NCBI GenBank assembly: GCA_051313645.2
Contig: JBNRSN020000015.1
Coordinates: 52,514,001-52,578,000 of the forward strand
DNA from: Centroscyllium fabricii
Taxonomy: Eukaryota
DNA length: 64,000 bases
Direction of reading: 5' to 3'
This document shows positions 10,863 through 23,442 of the stretch, one piece after another. Below the pieces are notes generated by a model. It was given only the letters and a program-made list of their open reading frames with translations. It was not told the origin of the DNA and ran no database searches. Made by a program: the position numbers and the translations under genes. The stretch's first letter is position 1, and every line of letters starts with the position of its first letter.

Positions 10863-13058
10863 CAGGCACCTTTTCAGGGCCTTTGGGCTCTGGGGGAGGG
10901 GGAGCTCCATGAGGGGGCGCATGCGTTCGGGGTCTGGGCCGATGACCCCGTTTGCCACGATACACCCCAGGATGGCGAGGCGGGTGGTGCGGGAAACGCA
11001 TTTTTCCGCATTGTAAGTGAGGTTAAGGAGCTTGGCGGTGTGGAGGAATTTGGCCAGGTTGGCATCGTGGTCCCTGATGTCGTGGCTACAGATGGTGACG
11101 TTGTCGAGGTAGGGGAAGGTAGCCAGCAGCCCGTTTTGGTCCACCATCCGGTCCATCTCCCGCTGGAAGACCGACACGCCGTTGGTGGCCCCGAAAGGGA
11201 CCCTCAGAAAGTGGTAGAGGCGGCCATTCGCCTCAAAGGCGGTGAAGTGGCGGTCTCCAGTGTTGATGGGGAGCTGATGGTATGCCGACTTAAGGTCAAT
11301 TGTAGAGAACACCCTGTACTGCGCAATCTCATTGACCATGTCTGAGATGCGAGGCAGGGGGTATGCGTCCAATTGGGTGAAACGGTTTATCGTCTGGCTG
11401 TAATCGATGAGCAGGCGGTGTTTGGTGCCGCTCTTGACGACTACAACCTGGGCTCTCCAGGGGCTGTTGCTGGCCTCGATGATCCCCTCCTTCAGTAGCC
11501 GCTGGACCTCAGACTTAATAAACAGTCTGTCCCCCGTGCTGTAGCGCCTGCTCTTGGTAGCTATGGGCTTACAGTCGGGGGTCAGGTTAGCAAATAGTGA
11601 GGGAGGGGAGACTTTAAGGGTCGAAAGGCTGCAAATGGTGTGGGGTTCACGCTGCGCGAACTGCTGGCTACAGACAGTCAACGGGGGGAGGGGACTGCCG
11701 TATTTCATGATGACGCTGTCGAGGTGGCTCTGAAAGTCAAGGCCCAGTAGGACGGCAGTGCAGAGGTGGGGGAGGACTAATAGTTTTAAATGGTTGTACA
11801 CGGTACCCCGCACTTGCAATGTTACTACGCAAATCCCACCGACTTCCGCCGACGCGGCGTTGGAGGCCATTAGGATCCGCTGGCGCGCGGGGAGCACCGT
11901 GAGGGAAAGCCTCCGTACAGTGTCCGCATGTATGAAACATTCGGTACTCCCCGAATCAAAAAGGCAATTAACCGTACAGCCGTTTACCTCAATGTCCATT
12001 TTCGATCGCGCCAGTTGTTTAGGCTGGGTCTGGTCCAGTGTTACCGATGCGAGCTGCGGGAGCTCCGTCGTCAGGCATGGTGATGTCCACTGGTCGCACG
12101 CGGCTGAGTAGGCCTCAAGATGGCCGCTCCATGGGAGAAAACGTGGTGCTGGTCCAAGATGGCTGCCCCCATATTCACTGTGTGGAGGGGGGGAGGGTGC
12201 AAGATGGCCGTCCGATCCAAGATGGACGCTGCCACTGTCGCCACGTGGGGGTGAGTGCTGGTTGCCCCAAAATGGCCGCTCTGATGGAGCCCACGCGGCG
12301 CTGCTGGAGGGGGATGGTCTGCTCTTACAGACTGCTGCATAATGTCCCTTCTTCTTGCAGCTGGAGCACAGCGCTTCTTTAGCAGGGCAGCGCTGCCTGG
12401 GGTGTTTTGACTGTCCACAGAAATAGCACTTCTGGGGTCGGGCCGCTGCCGCGGACGTGAGTGGGGGCGCAGCGGTGGTCGTCTCGCCCGCCCACGAGGT
12501 CAGCGCTCGCGCACCATGCTGGTCGTAAGACTCTCTTTGCAAATGCACAGCCTCCAGCGATTCTGCCAGCGCTTCAGCTGCCGCCAGGCCTATGTTACTT
12601 TGCTCCAGCAGCCGCTGGCACGTGTAGGATGACCTGAGTCCAGCCACTAGCGCATCGCTAAGGATTATGTCCTGGTGCTCGTTGGCTGTCAGCGGCCTAC
12701 AATTGCAGGCATGCACGAGCGTTCGCAACGCTGCCATATAGTTCGTTACAGACTCACCAGGCTGTTGTTTCCTGTTCAACAGTAGATGCCTGGTGTAGAT
12801 CTCGTTCGTCGGTGTAGTGAACCGAGCTTTTAGGGTGTCCAGGGCGCTCCTGTAGGTCGTTTCGCCCTCGATTAAATTGAAGAGCTCAGGGCTGACCTGG
12901 GCCCGCAGGACGTTGAGCTTCCGCTGGTCTGTGTCCACGGTCAGGCGGGATTCCGTGAGGAAGGCTTCGAAGCAGGAGACCCAGTGTGTAAAGGCCCGCT
13001 CAGCGCCTGCTGATCGCGGGATGAGGTTGAGTCTGTCGGGCCTCAGGAACTTCTCCAT
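10863..13058 (-). pseudogene. gag-pol: G2 gag-pro-RT, open until interrupted by G3
   Basis: ORF 10809-13103; MEKFLRPDRL start at 13058, two zinc knuckles, LFDSGS, YLDN. Confidence 0.93.
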
Positions 13059-13089
13059 CCTCTTTGTAAAAAAACTATGTGAATAAAAT

Positions 13090-13347
13090 TGATGCACAAT
13101 CAATTACGCCAGTCGATGATTAGATTTAATCGAGGCTTTTATTCACATAGAACTGGACACAGGTCCGACGATCTTCCAAGCCAAAGTGAGAGCACTCAGG
13201 TGTGCTCTCACTTTTATACCCAGTGGGCGGAGCCTGGGGAGGAAGCCGAGGAGCGGAGTCCTCCCTGGCAGGGAGATGTTACGTGCAGTTACAGGGTGGG
13301 GACAGAAGGGGGAGACATATATATACAACATAAAGTGGTTTACCACA
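13090..13347 (-). repeat. 5' LTR of G2 (258 bp)
   Basis: Direct repeat of 4264-4535, followed by gag ATG ~30 nt downstream. Confidence 0.95.
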
Positions 13348-13352
13348 CAGGG

Positions 13353-13650
13353 GTCGAGCGGAGAGATCGAGGGGGGTTGGAGCTGGTGGTTTGGGGGTCC
13401 AATTGTGTGGGGGTTGCAGACAGATCCCAGGGAGTACACGGCTTGTTGGGCCGGGAGGAAACAGTCCTCCTTATAGGGTTTTACTGACTGACCCGCCTTC
13501 TGAGAATGGATTGGTCACCCGCCCCTCGTCCCACCTCCATTATCACCAGAAGTGGGTGGGTCTGAGGCAGTTTGGAGCCGGGTTTGAAATTTTAAAATGT
13601 TTTCACTTCTCACCCGACCAAACCCACAAGTCTTTGGGGGTTAAAATTAT
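13353..13650. mobile_element. Right end of an old non-autonomous DNA-transposon-like repeat that hosts the Gypsy stack
   Basis: 13490-13650 aligns by eye with 17370-17540 and partly with 56190-56260; ends in a GGGGTTAAAAT TIR-like motif. Confidence 0.55.
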
Positions 13651-13892
13651 ATTCAACCAGGTTAGTAGTGAGGAGCATGAACTTTGGCTGTAATTTTCTC
13701 TCCTCAAACCAAACATGCAGGTTAATTTTAACATTATTGTTGCCCTCTCCTGCCACCACCATCCCCCCAGCAGCTGAAAGCATCTAATTCAGCACAGAGC
13801 CCAGTGGTAATTTCAGATGATGTCACTGGCAGCCATTTTTAAACTGTTGAGTATGGCTCGTTACTGCACCAGGTGGAAAGCTTGTCCAGCGG

Positions 13893-14071
13893 GGGGATAA
13901 TCTTATCCTAACCCATCTGGTGGGAAGCTGACTGTATCAGATTGTCCCCCCACTGCTGCCGCCCCCCGCCCCCCCCACCGCCCCAGGTTTCATTGAAGTC
14001 AATGGAAAGTAAAACTGACCGGCCTGATCCCATCAGTTTCCCATCAGGTGCCTTAGGTTAAAATTATCCCC
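13893..14071. mobile_element. Small palindromic MITE (Harbinger-like TIRs)
   Basis: GGGGATAATCTTATCCTAA ... TTAGGTTAAAATTATCCCC, with internal arms also complementary; TSD not clear. Confidence 0.6.
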
Positions 14072-14378
14072 ATTGAATCTTTGGGGAAGTTGTGCACAGG
14101 ACTATTTTACAAAAGGGCTATAAAGTCAAGGCACCAGAGAGATTGATGGGACATTTTTGTCACTTGCTAATTATTTGGTTAAATCTTCATAAATGTCACA
14201 GAACTGAAAAAGAACAAAGACCTGTGAAAAATATACATATTCTGTAGCTTCCAGTACTGTAACATTCAGCCCCACTTCCATTGTGGGGAAGAGCTCTCTG
14301 GGTCCTCAGCAATTCGGAAACAACTGCACATTCCCAGTTGTTTGAAAGCTGGAAAAGATTACTTTCATTTCTACCTCT

Positions 14379-15804
14379 GGGCCTAAAAATTCGGTTGTTT
14401 TGCGCCTCCTGTTAGCAGCCTAAGAGGGTGATAAAGGGGCACAAAGCAACTAGCGCCTGGACGCGGCACCACCAACGTCTCCTGCGAGGTTAGCGGCAGC
14501 AGTAACTGTTAGCGCCCCATGGTGATGTGCCATCGATGATGATGTCATCGCTGTGCGCAGCGCCCTGCTTGAGCCGCAGCCGCGATCTTTGGTAGCTACC
14601 TACTGCCAGAGTGGCGCAAATTAAAGGGGAGGTGCTGGGTGGCCATTGTTGTTGCTGGCTGCCTGCCAGCACCTGCCCCCTCTACCATCCCCGGCCTCCT
14701 CTGCAGCTCCCCTGCGGAGTGTCGGCTGCGGTCCGTGAGCCTGGCATTTCTCGTGAGTGCTGGGCTCTTTTGCCGGCACTCCGATCCCCGGTGGCCCAGC
14801 TGGGCCCCGGGTTGTGCTGTGCTAGGCCCCTCCCTTTTAAGAAGGGGTGGATGGCCTGCAGTACCATGGCACGACATGCCGCAGAGTGTGGAACTGTGAC
14901 ACGGAGTGCCGCGATATTCGCTCACAGCGCCCCAAGAGGGAGGCGGGGCACTTCCAATAGCACCCCGCTTCTCTCTTGGGTCACTACCGGTGAATTTTGG
15001 CCGTGGGGGCGCTAGTTTTTCGGGGCATTAAAAATACCACCCCGACAAAGTTAGTGCCCCAATGGGGGTGCGTGGTCTTTTTCCGATGTCCAGGGTAGCT
15101 CTATATAGGCCAATAATTGGAAAAATGGATTGCTGGCTCATACAGGTGAGAGGAAAGGGCTACAGAGGCCATATTTGCATTGGCTGCAGGACAGCTATTG
15201 GATGTGGTTACCAATGGCTGCAGGTGGTAGTAGCATAAACATAAAGGGGCCATGAGCCACTTGTTTTGTCATTGAAAACCATGCAATGTAACTATACTCT
15301 GTTAGCCAATTAATTACTATGGTCCCGATATTTATCAGAGCGGGGGGTGGCGGGGAGGTGGAGCTATGGACGGGCCCGAACATCTTGTAGTTTTTAAAGG
15401 GGAGGGGCCTAGTGCGGCTGCGGCCAGAGCCCCACGGGGCCGCCAAAGGAGCAGAAGGTGGAGAACGAGCCCGGCACTGAAGGGAAGTGCCAGGCTCAGC
15501 TGAGGGAGGCCTCACCCTACTGGGGAGCAGCGGGGGAGGCCGGGGGAGGCCGAGGGGGAAGGTGCTGGTGATCGGCCAGCAATAAAAATGGACGACCGCC
15601 GCACTTTCCTTTAAGCAGTGCTCGAGCACTGCTATTTCAGCCATGGAAAGCGCTAAATTCATTGGGACACTACCAGTTAGCCCCCAACTTAGTCACCAGC
15701 CGAATTTAGCGCTGGGCGCTATTCTTAGTGCTAAATCTGTGGCGCCCGATTAGCGCCCATTTTGGGCGCTAATGGGCTGCTGCTAGAGAGCGAATTTTGT
15801 GCCC
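14379..15804. mobile_element. Non-autonomous Harbinger-like element
   Basis: Ends GGGCCTAAAAATTCG / CGAATTTTGTGCCC; many subterminal TAGCGCCC/GGGCGCTA motifs; no credible ORF. Confidence 0.6.
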
Positions 15805-15809
15805 TTAGA

Positions 15810-16940
15810 CTTTTTAGAATTATTATTTACTATGGCCATGTTTGATTTAAACCCTTGATTTCTCTGACTGTCACTTTTGCTTTTCTCCTTCCTGCCTTTT
15901 GCTTCTATCCTTGTTTCCCTTTCCTCTGTCTCCCTGCACAGGTTCCCAACCCCCTGCCATTTTAATTTAAACCCTCCCCCACAGCACTAGCAAACATTCC
16001 CCCTCGGACATTGGTCCCGGTCCTGCCCAGGTGCAAACCGTCCGTTTTGTACTGGTCCCACCTCCCGCAGAATCGGTTCCAATGTCCCAGGCATTTTAAT
16101 CCCTCCCCTTTGCACCATTCCGCTAGCCACATATACATCTGAAATATCCTTCTATTTCCACTCTGACTAGTACAAAAGCACTGGTAGCAATCCTGAGATT
16201 ACTACCTTTGAGGTCCTATTTTTTAATTGACCTCCTAACTCCTTATGTTCAACTTTTAGGACCTCACCCCGGGTTTTATCTATATTGTTGGTACCTATAT
16301 ACACCATGACAACTATCTATTCACACTCTCCTTCTAAAATGTTCGGTAGCTGCTCTGAGACATCCTTGACCCTTGCACCAGAGAGGCAACATACCATCCT
16401 GGAGTCTCGTTTGCGGCCCCAGAAATGCCTATCTATTCCCCTTACAATAGAATTCCCGATCACTATAGCTCTCCCACTCTTTTTCCTCCTGTCCTGTGCA
16501 GCAGAACCACCCATGGTGCCAGGAATTTGGCTGCTGCTGCCTTCCTCTGATAAGCCATCTCCCTCATCAATATCCAAAGCAGTATATCTGTATGTGAGGA
16601 GGATGGCCACAGGGGACCCCTGCACTACCTGCCTGCACCTACTTCTCTGCCTGGTGGTCACCCTTTCTCCTCCTGCCTGTGCAGCCTTTACCTGCGGTGT
16701 GGCCAACTCCCTAAATGTGTTATCCACGACGTCCTCATCATCGCGAATGCTCCAGTATATATCCATTTGCAGCTCCAGCGCCGCAATGCGATCTAGTAAC
16801 TGCATCTGGATAGACTTCCCGCACACATGGTCAGCAGGGACACAGGAAGGGTTCCTGATTTCCCACATAGTGCAGGAGGAGCATACCATGGCGCCGAACT
16901 GTCCTGCCATGAGTTATCCTTTAATGAATTCAAATTAAAT
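15810..16940 (-). mobile_element. CR1 LINE 5' fragment, ORF1 (zinc-finger-like N-terminus, coiled coil, SGNH esterase-like domain), degraded
   Basis: ORF 16317-16910: MVCSSCTMWE...HVCGK..QLL...IVIGNSIVRGIDR...VCCLSGARV. Confidence 0.85.
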
Positions 16941-16999
16941 TAAATCAAATCAATCCCAGCAATTACACTACAATTGTAATTGTAAAAGAACACAACAAA

Positions 17000-17540
17000 G
17001 GAGTGGGTAGGTCTAGTGGTGGGAGAAGGAGAGATCATGGTTGGGGGTGGGCTGAGATGCTGGTTGGCGGGTCAAGATAGTGTGGGGGTGTCAATGAGCA
17101 TAGGGGGTCGGGGATGAGATCGGGGGTCGGAGATCATGAAGGTGGGGGGGTTGGGTAGTTTTACAGGATGAGCTTGTTGGGTGTCGAGGACACACTCTAA
17201 CTCCTCCTGGTCCACAAGCAGTGCTGTATAGGCACTTACCTTATGGATCCAGCCCTTCACACCTCCTTTTACCTGTCGGGTTTCCCAATTCCTGGGAAAC
17301 CCGACTGACACGAGTTAAAAATAGAAACCTTGTTAAAAAGGAGGCACACATCCTCTTTAAAAGCTTATACTGACCAACCCACCGCCTGAGAGCGGATTGG
17401 TCACCTGCCCCCTTCCTGCCTCCGTTAAAACCAATAAAGGGCGGGATCGAGGCAGGTTGAGGTCGGTTTGAAATTTTGAAAATTTTAACTTTCCAACTGC
17501 CCCAAATTCACCCATTTTTGTGGGTCAAAATGAATCCTCT
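17000..17540. mobile_element. Second copy of the G-rich non-autonomous repeat end
   Basis: Similarity to 13353-13650; contains TCGGGGGTCGGAGATC motifs. Confidence 0.5.
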
Positions 17541-19655
17541 TTCTCTAAATATAATTTTGGTTCAGGACTCTCGAATTCGATGCAAACATATATCAATTTA
17601 ATCTTTATTTTATAGCAGTTTTATGTCCAGCAAAACATGCTGCAGTACATTGAGCATAACACTATGAGGGCATGTCATCATGGGATGTTAACTTACATCA
17701 TATAGTAGTTAACTAACCCTGGGAGCATAGCCAAACAATCACTACCACATCCTTGGCCTCCCAGTTGCTCTCTCTCGCTCTTTAGCTGGAATTTTCTGTA
17801 CCTGGGCAGGTCGGTGTGGCAGGTCACGACCTCGTTGTTGCTTCCTTCCCAGTGCAGAAATCGACTTTGAGATAATGGGGCCTGTTAAGTCCATCCTGCA
17901 CATTACCCGGCCCAATTAATTGGTGCGGGTCTCATGACATCATCCATGACATCATCCATGACATGTTTTCAGCTGGTATATTTAAATGAGCCATGGCCAC
18001 ATTGCATTTGAAGGTTCATCTAGGAGTGTGCAGGCAGCACACTGGAGGCTTTCATTGCTCCCAACAGTTGAAGAAATGACTGCACAGAGACAGCGGGCTG
18101 CATCCAGGTTCTCTGATGACTCCCTCCATATGCTTGTGGAGGGAGGCAGAGCTCGCAGGGAGGTCCTCTTCCCTTCCAATGGGCGAAAGAGACCTCCCCA
18201 GGAGACAAAAAGAGCCTGGCTCCAAATTGCAGAGGAGATCTGGAAAGGTGAGTCCAAAGCAACACTCAACCTCATCCTGCTGTGCCTCTCATCACATCCC
18301 CATCACTCTGCCTTCCCAACCCTACTTCTGCACATCCTTACTCACACCAACATACCTTGCATGTCCTCCCATCCCTCTCTCTCTATCTACATTATCACAT
18401 CCCCATCTAACTAGCCACCCCTCACACTCAGCCTCATCCTAATCCAATCATACCAACTAACAACATGCAAGGAGGCCAACCCAATCCATCATAGTCGCAC
18501 TCTAAAGATGTAACCCATCTATTCCTTACACTCATTCCATCTCTCTCACTCAACCTTCTCTTATTTCCCTCCTTTCAGGAGAAGAGAGCAAACAATAAGA
18601 GGGAGAGGGAGAGAACTGGAGGTGGGCCTCCTTCTTTTGCAACCCTCACAACAGCAGAGGAGGCTGCGTTGGAGGTTTCTGGAGTCGTCGAGCAGCTGGA
18701 GGTGGACGTCGAAGAGAGGGGGACATTTCAGCAATCTGGTGACAAAATTACATATCATAAAGCTATATGGCATACATCAGTCACTCATATGGGGACCGAT
18801 GTCATCAGCCACTGAATGGTCATCATGTGCATAATAGTATGTGTACCCATTTTTCATATGGCATATCTAACTCATCTCTTTAATCTCCCACAGGTCCATC
18901 AAGAGCTACCCCCACTGTTTAGGAGGAAGAGCAAGATGACTCCTCAGAAGAGCCTCCAGCTTCTGACGGTGCAGCGCCATCCGACATGAGCACACCCAGC
19001 ACCAGTGTAGAGATGCACACCTCATGGGTCCCATGCGAGATAGAGTAGTGTTGTCACCTGGTCCGTTACAATGCACAAGTGAGCAAGCGCAGATGGTGGA
19101 GGCAGGGACAACAGTGTGGAGTTCACAGAATGGTCTTAGCTCTGCCCAGCTGCATGCAGAGGCTGAGCCTTGGTGGACATCCAGAAAGAGGGCGATCCTG
19201 GAGGTGCAGGAAGAAGTGCATGAAGGTCTGACAGGGTTTGTGAGCGCGATGTCTGCAAATGTGCAGAGAATGGAGGAGTCCATCTTCAACATGAACACCA
19301 CTATGACGCAGGCGATGGTGACTGTGGGCTCTTCCATGAATAGGACCTGCATGGAGCAGCTATTGTGTAGCATAGCCACTCTAGAGAGTCATCCGATCTC
19401 TCTAGGACCTCAGAATCCACCTTACCCGAGCGGACCCTCCCCCATTTCCCTATTGGTCAGGTTGGATCAACGGTTACAGTTCCTCATTGGTCCGTAGGGC
19501 TGTCACTCAAGAGACCCCACAGTGCTTTGTGTTTTCGCGCCGTTTTCTCTCAGTTCTGCGTTGTTGTGATTGAATAAAGACTTATTGGATTTTGCTCCGC
19601 TGCTTTCTTCCGTTTCTCGATTATTTAAGAGTGGGAAACTTAGGTTCCCCACAAT

Positions 19656-19667
19656 TGGTGACCCCGA
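19656..19667 (+). promoter_or_regulatory. Primer-binding site complementary to tRNA-Trp
   Basis: TGGTGACCCCGA 2 nt after the 5' LTR; complementary to the tRNA-Trp 3' end (...UCGGGGUCACCA). Confidence 0.85.
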
Positions 19668-20435
19668 ATGTCAGACATCGAGAATGCTGACCCGAACGTG
19701 TGCACAGCGGCCCGCCAGACCGAACGGCCATCGACTACAAGTCTCCCTCCTTCCTGGGAACACCAAGCAGCCGCTTGGTTCATACAAATTAAGGCGCAGT
19801 TCCGCCTACGACGCATTACCCAAGATGAGGACCGCTATCTCCTCATTGTTGCAGCCCTGCCGAGCCATGTCGCCGCTGACATAGTCGACCTGCTCCACGA
19901 CCCACCGACAGGTACGCTGCCGTGAAGAAGCGCTTGCTGCAGGCCCACAACCTACCGGAGGCCGTGCGGGCCTGGCAACTTCTCGAACTCCCGGTTCTCG
20001 GGGACGCCACGCCCACATGTTTAATGAACCGGATGCTCGCCCTGCTCGGCGACCACAGGGGGTGCCGTTTGTTCAGGGCACTCTTCATCAACTTGCTTCC
20101 ACAACCGGTGCAGTCCGCGTTGGCATACTTCAGAGGTGAGGACTATGATGATTTGGCCGCCGCAGCAGACCGCATCTGCCTGTGCACACCTTACACGGGC
20201 GTCGCCACGAGGCCCCAACCCTCTCGCCGCAGCCAACGCCCCGACCTCGGCCGGAGCTTTGCTAATATCACGCACGCTTCGGCCCGAACGCCCACCGCTC
20301 CCGACCGCCTTGTTCCTTCGATGGAAAACTGGCCCAACCCAAGCCCAAGCTTTCGAATCAGCCACGCCGCCAAGGTCCAGCCGCTGCTAATGGGCACAGC
20401 AGGTCAGTTGCTCTATATTACAGACTCTCTGTCCT

Positions 20436-20606
20436 GACTCCGCTCCTCGGCTTCCTCCCCAGGCTCCGCCCACTGGGTATAAAAGTGATAGCACACCTGA
20501 GTGCTCTCACTTTAGCTGGGAAGATCGTCGGACCTGTGTCCTGTTCAATGTGAATAAAAGCCTCGATTACATCTCACCATCGACTGGCGTGATTGATTGT
20601 GCATCA
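20436..20606 (+). repeat. 5'-truncated LTR of the G2 family inside the protease region of E
   Basis: Closely matches the last ~170 bp of the G2 LTR (GGGTATAAAAGTG...GTGCATCA); host sequence follows directly. Confidence 0.88.
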
Positions 20607-23442
20607 GCGACCAACACTTTGCATGGGACTTTGTCACAGCCAACATTGCACGTCCATTGCCGGGCACAGATTTCCTTTGTGCCCACGGCCTGCTCATGGA
20701 CATGCGGGGCAGACGTCTGATGGACGCATCTACGTTTACATCGTTTCCCTGCCAGCGAGGTGATGGACAACCCCTCGTTAGCTCTTGTTCTCCTCCTCCG
20801 GGTGACAAGTACGCACGTCTGCTGGCCAAGTTTCCGGCCATCATGCAGCCAACTTTCTCCGACGGTTTGACAAAACACAGCATCCAACATCATATCGCCA
20901 CTACTGGCCCGCCGGTTTTCGCCAGAGCTGACCGCCTCGACCCTACGAAGATGGCGGTGGCCAAGCAAGAATTCTCTGCCCTGGAGAAGCTAGGGATCAT
21001 TCGGCCTTCCAACAGTCCGTGGTCGTCCCCACTCCATATCATCCCCAAGCCAGGAGGCGGCTGGCGACCATGTGGTGATTATCGACGCCTTAATGACGCC
21101 ACCACGCCGGACAGATTCCCGGTGCCTCATATTCAGGACTTTTCAGCCCATTTGGTGGGCGCTACCATATTTTCAAAGATTGACCTCGTCCGAGGGTATC
21201 ACCAGGTCCCGGTCCATCTGGATGACATTCAAAAAACAGCCGTTATTACGCCTTTCGAACTTTTTGAATTTTTGTGCATGCCTTTCGGGTTAAAGAATGC
21301 TGCACAAGTTTTTGAACGTTTGATGGACTCTGTCCTTCGGGACTTGGACTTTTTGTTTGTTTCTCTTGATGATATTTTAGTTGCTAGTGTTAACGAATCT
21401 TAACATGTGATGCACCTGCGCTCTCTTTTTCAGAGATTGGCCCATCACAGCCAAATTGTTAACCCAGTCAAATGCCAATTCGGCTGCCGTGAGATTGATT
21501 TTCTTGGGCATCACATTTCCCCCGCAGGAGCTGTCCCTTTGCGCTCCAAGGTACAAGGGATCGCGGATTTTCCCCAGCCTAACTCGGTTAAGTCACTCCA
21601 AGAATTTCTTGGAATGGTTAATTTTTACCATCGTTTCATTCCTCGAGCGGCCTCCATCATGCGCCCCTTGTACGAGGCTACCAGGGGTAAGACCGGCAGA
21701 GATGGCCTTCAGTGGTCGGCTGATATGCTTCAGGCTTTTCACCTCGCTAAGTTGGCTTTGGCTGAGGCCACTCTTTTGACCCACCCCATTCCGGGAGCTC
21801 CACTGTCGTGCACGACGGACGCCTTGGACCATGCCATAGCCGCCATTCAGCAGCAATGGGTGGACGGTGCCTGGCAACCCCTCGCCTTTTTTAGCCACCA
21901 ACTACGGAAAAACGAGCTCTCATATAGCACGTTTGATCATGAACTGCTAGCTCTTTTCCTCGCGGTATGTCATTTTCACTTCCTGCTAGAGGGCCGTCCT
22001 TTTATGGCCTACGTGGACCATAAGCCACTCATCTTTGTCATGTCTAAGGTCTCAGAGCCTTGGGCAGGTCGCCAACAGCATCACCTGACTTTCATTTCCG
22101 AATTTACAACGGATATTCGCCACGTGTCCGGTAAAGACAATGTCGTTGCGGACTGCCTGTCCCGTCCTTCTCTCAACGCTGTCCACGTTGGTGTTGACTA
22201 TGCTGAAATGACACGCGCCCAGCGAGCAGACACTGAGCTGCAGGTTCTTCATGACACGTCCACCAGCCTGACCCTGACAGACGTTCATTTTCACGACGCC
22301 GGCCTGACCCTTTTGTGTGACGTGCCCGTCCCCACCCCCAGGCCGTTGGTTCCTACCTCCTGGCACAGGCGCATTTTTCAGTTGGTCCATGGCTTCTCAC
22401 ATCCTGGAATGCGGGCTTCTCAGAAGCTTATGTCCGCCAAGTTCGTTTGGCCAGGCCTGCATAAAGCCGTGCGTGACTGGACTAACGCCTGCCAGGACTG
22501 TCAGCGCGCCAAGGTCCATCAACATACTAAGGCCCCTTTGGAAAAAATGTCGGTGCCCGAACGGCGCTTTGATCATGTCCATGTTGACCTGGTGGGCCCA
22601 CTGCCCCCATCCTAGGGTTTCACCCATCTCCTCACTGTCATTGACCGCACCAGTAGGTGGGCAGATGCTGTACCTCTTTCTTCCACTACTGCGGCCGACG
22701 TCGCTCGTGCCTTCATTCTTTCCTGGGTGGCCCGTTTCGGGGTACCGTCGGACATCACTTCCGACAGGGGCCCTCAGTTCACCTCTCAACTCTGGAGCGC
22801 AGTTGCCTCTGGTCTAGGTACACAAGTGCACTGCACAACTGCACACCACCCACAGTCGAATGGCATTTGTGAGCGTTTCCACCGCGCCCTTAAGGCCTCA
22901 CTCCGAGCTAGCCTGTTTGATGCCAATTGGCTCGACAGGCTACCTTGGGTTTTGCATGGGTTGCGTTCTGCACCCAAGGACGACCTCGGCACTTCATCTG
23001 CCGAACTTGTTTTTAGACAGCCTTTCCGTGTTCCAGGAGAATTTTTCCCCTCCACTACCGACTCTTGGTCGGACAGCGAGCAATTCGCTCAGCTTACTGA
23101 CGCGGCACACCGTTTTCTCCCTGTGCCCACCTCTTGGCATGGCGTCCGCTCAACTCACATACCTACTGTGATGAACCATTTGGGGTGGTTCACACTGTGC
23201 TATTATTGTATATAGTTTGTGTTAATAAATCTGTACCTTTCTGTAAGGACCTGGACCTGGACCGGCTGACCCCGCCTCTGAGTATGGGTATAAAGGAGAA
23301 TGCTTCGCCCACCTGGCTCTCATTCTGGGCGGACTCATCGCAGACCAGGTTCAGTTCTTTGTGAATAAAAGCATTCAATTACTTTTCACCAATGACTGGC
23401 GTGATTGATTTGCACATCAATTTTATTCACAAAGTTACAAGA

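Larger units (their letters stand above)
4264..13347 (-). mobile_element. Full-length Ty3/Gypsy element G2 (interrupted by G3)
   Basis: Paired LTRs 4264-4535 and 13090-13347; TSD CAGGG at 4259-4263 and 13348-13352; PPT next to 4536. Confidence 0.95.

Noticed and set aside
17680-17770. Possible minus-strand exon ending at a GTAAGT donor
   Set aside because: No acceptor can be assigned because Harbinger H1 begins immediately upstream, and no homology was recognised.
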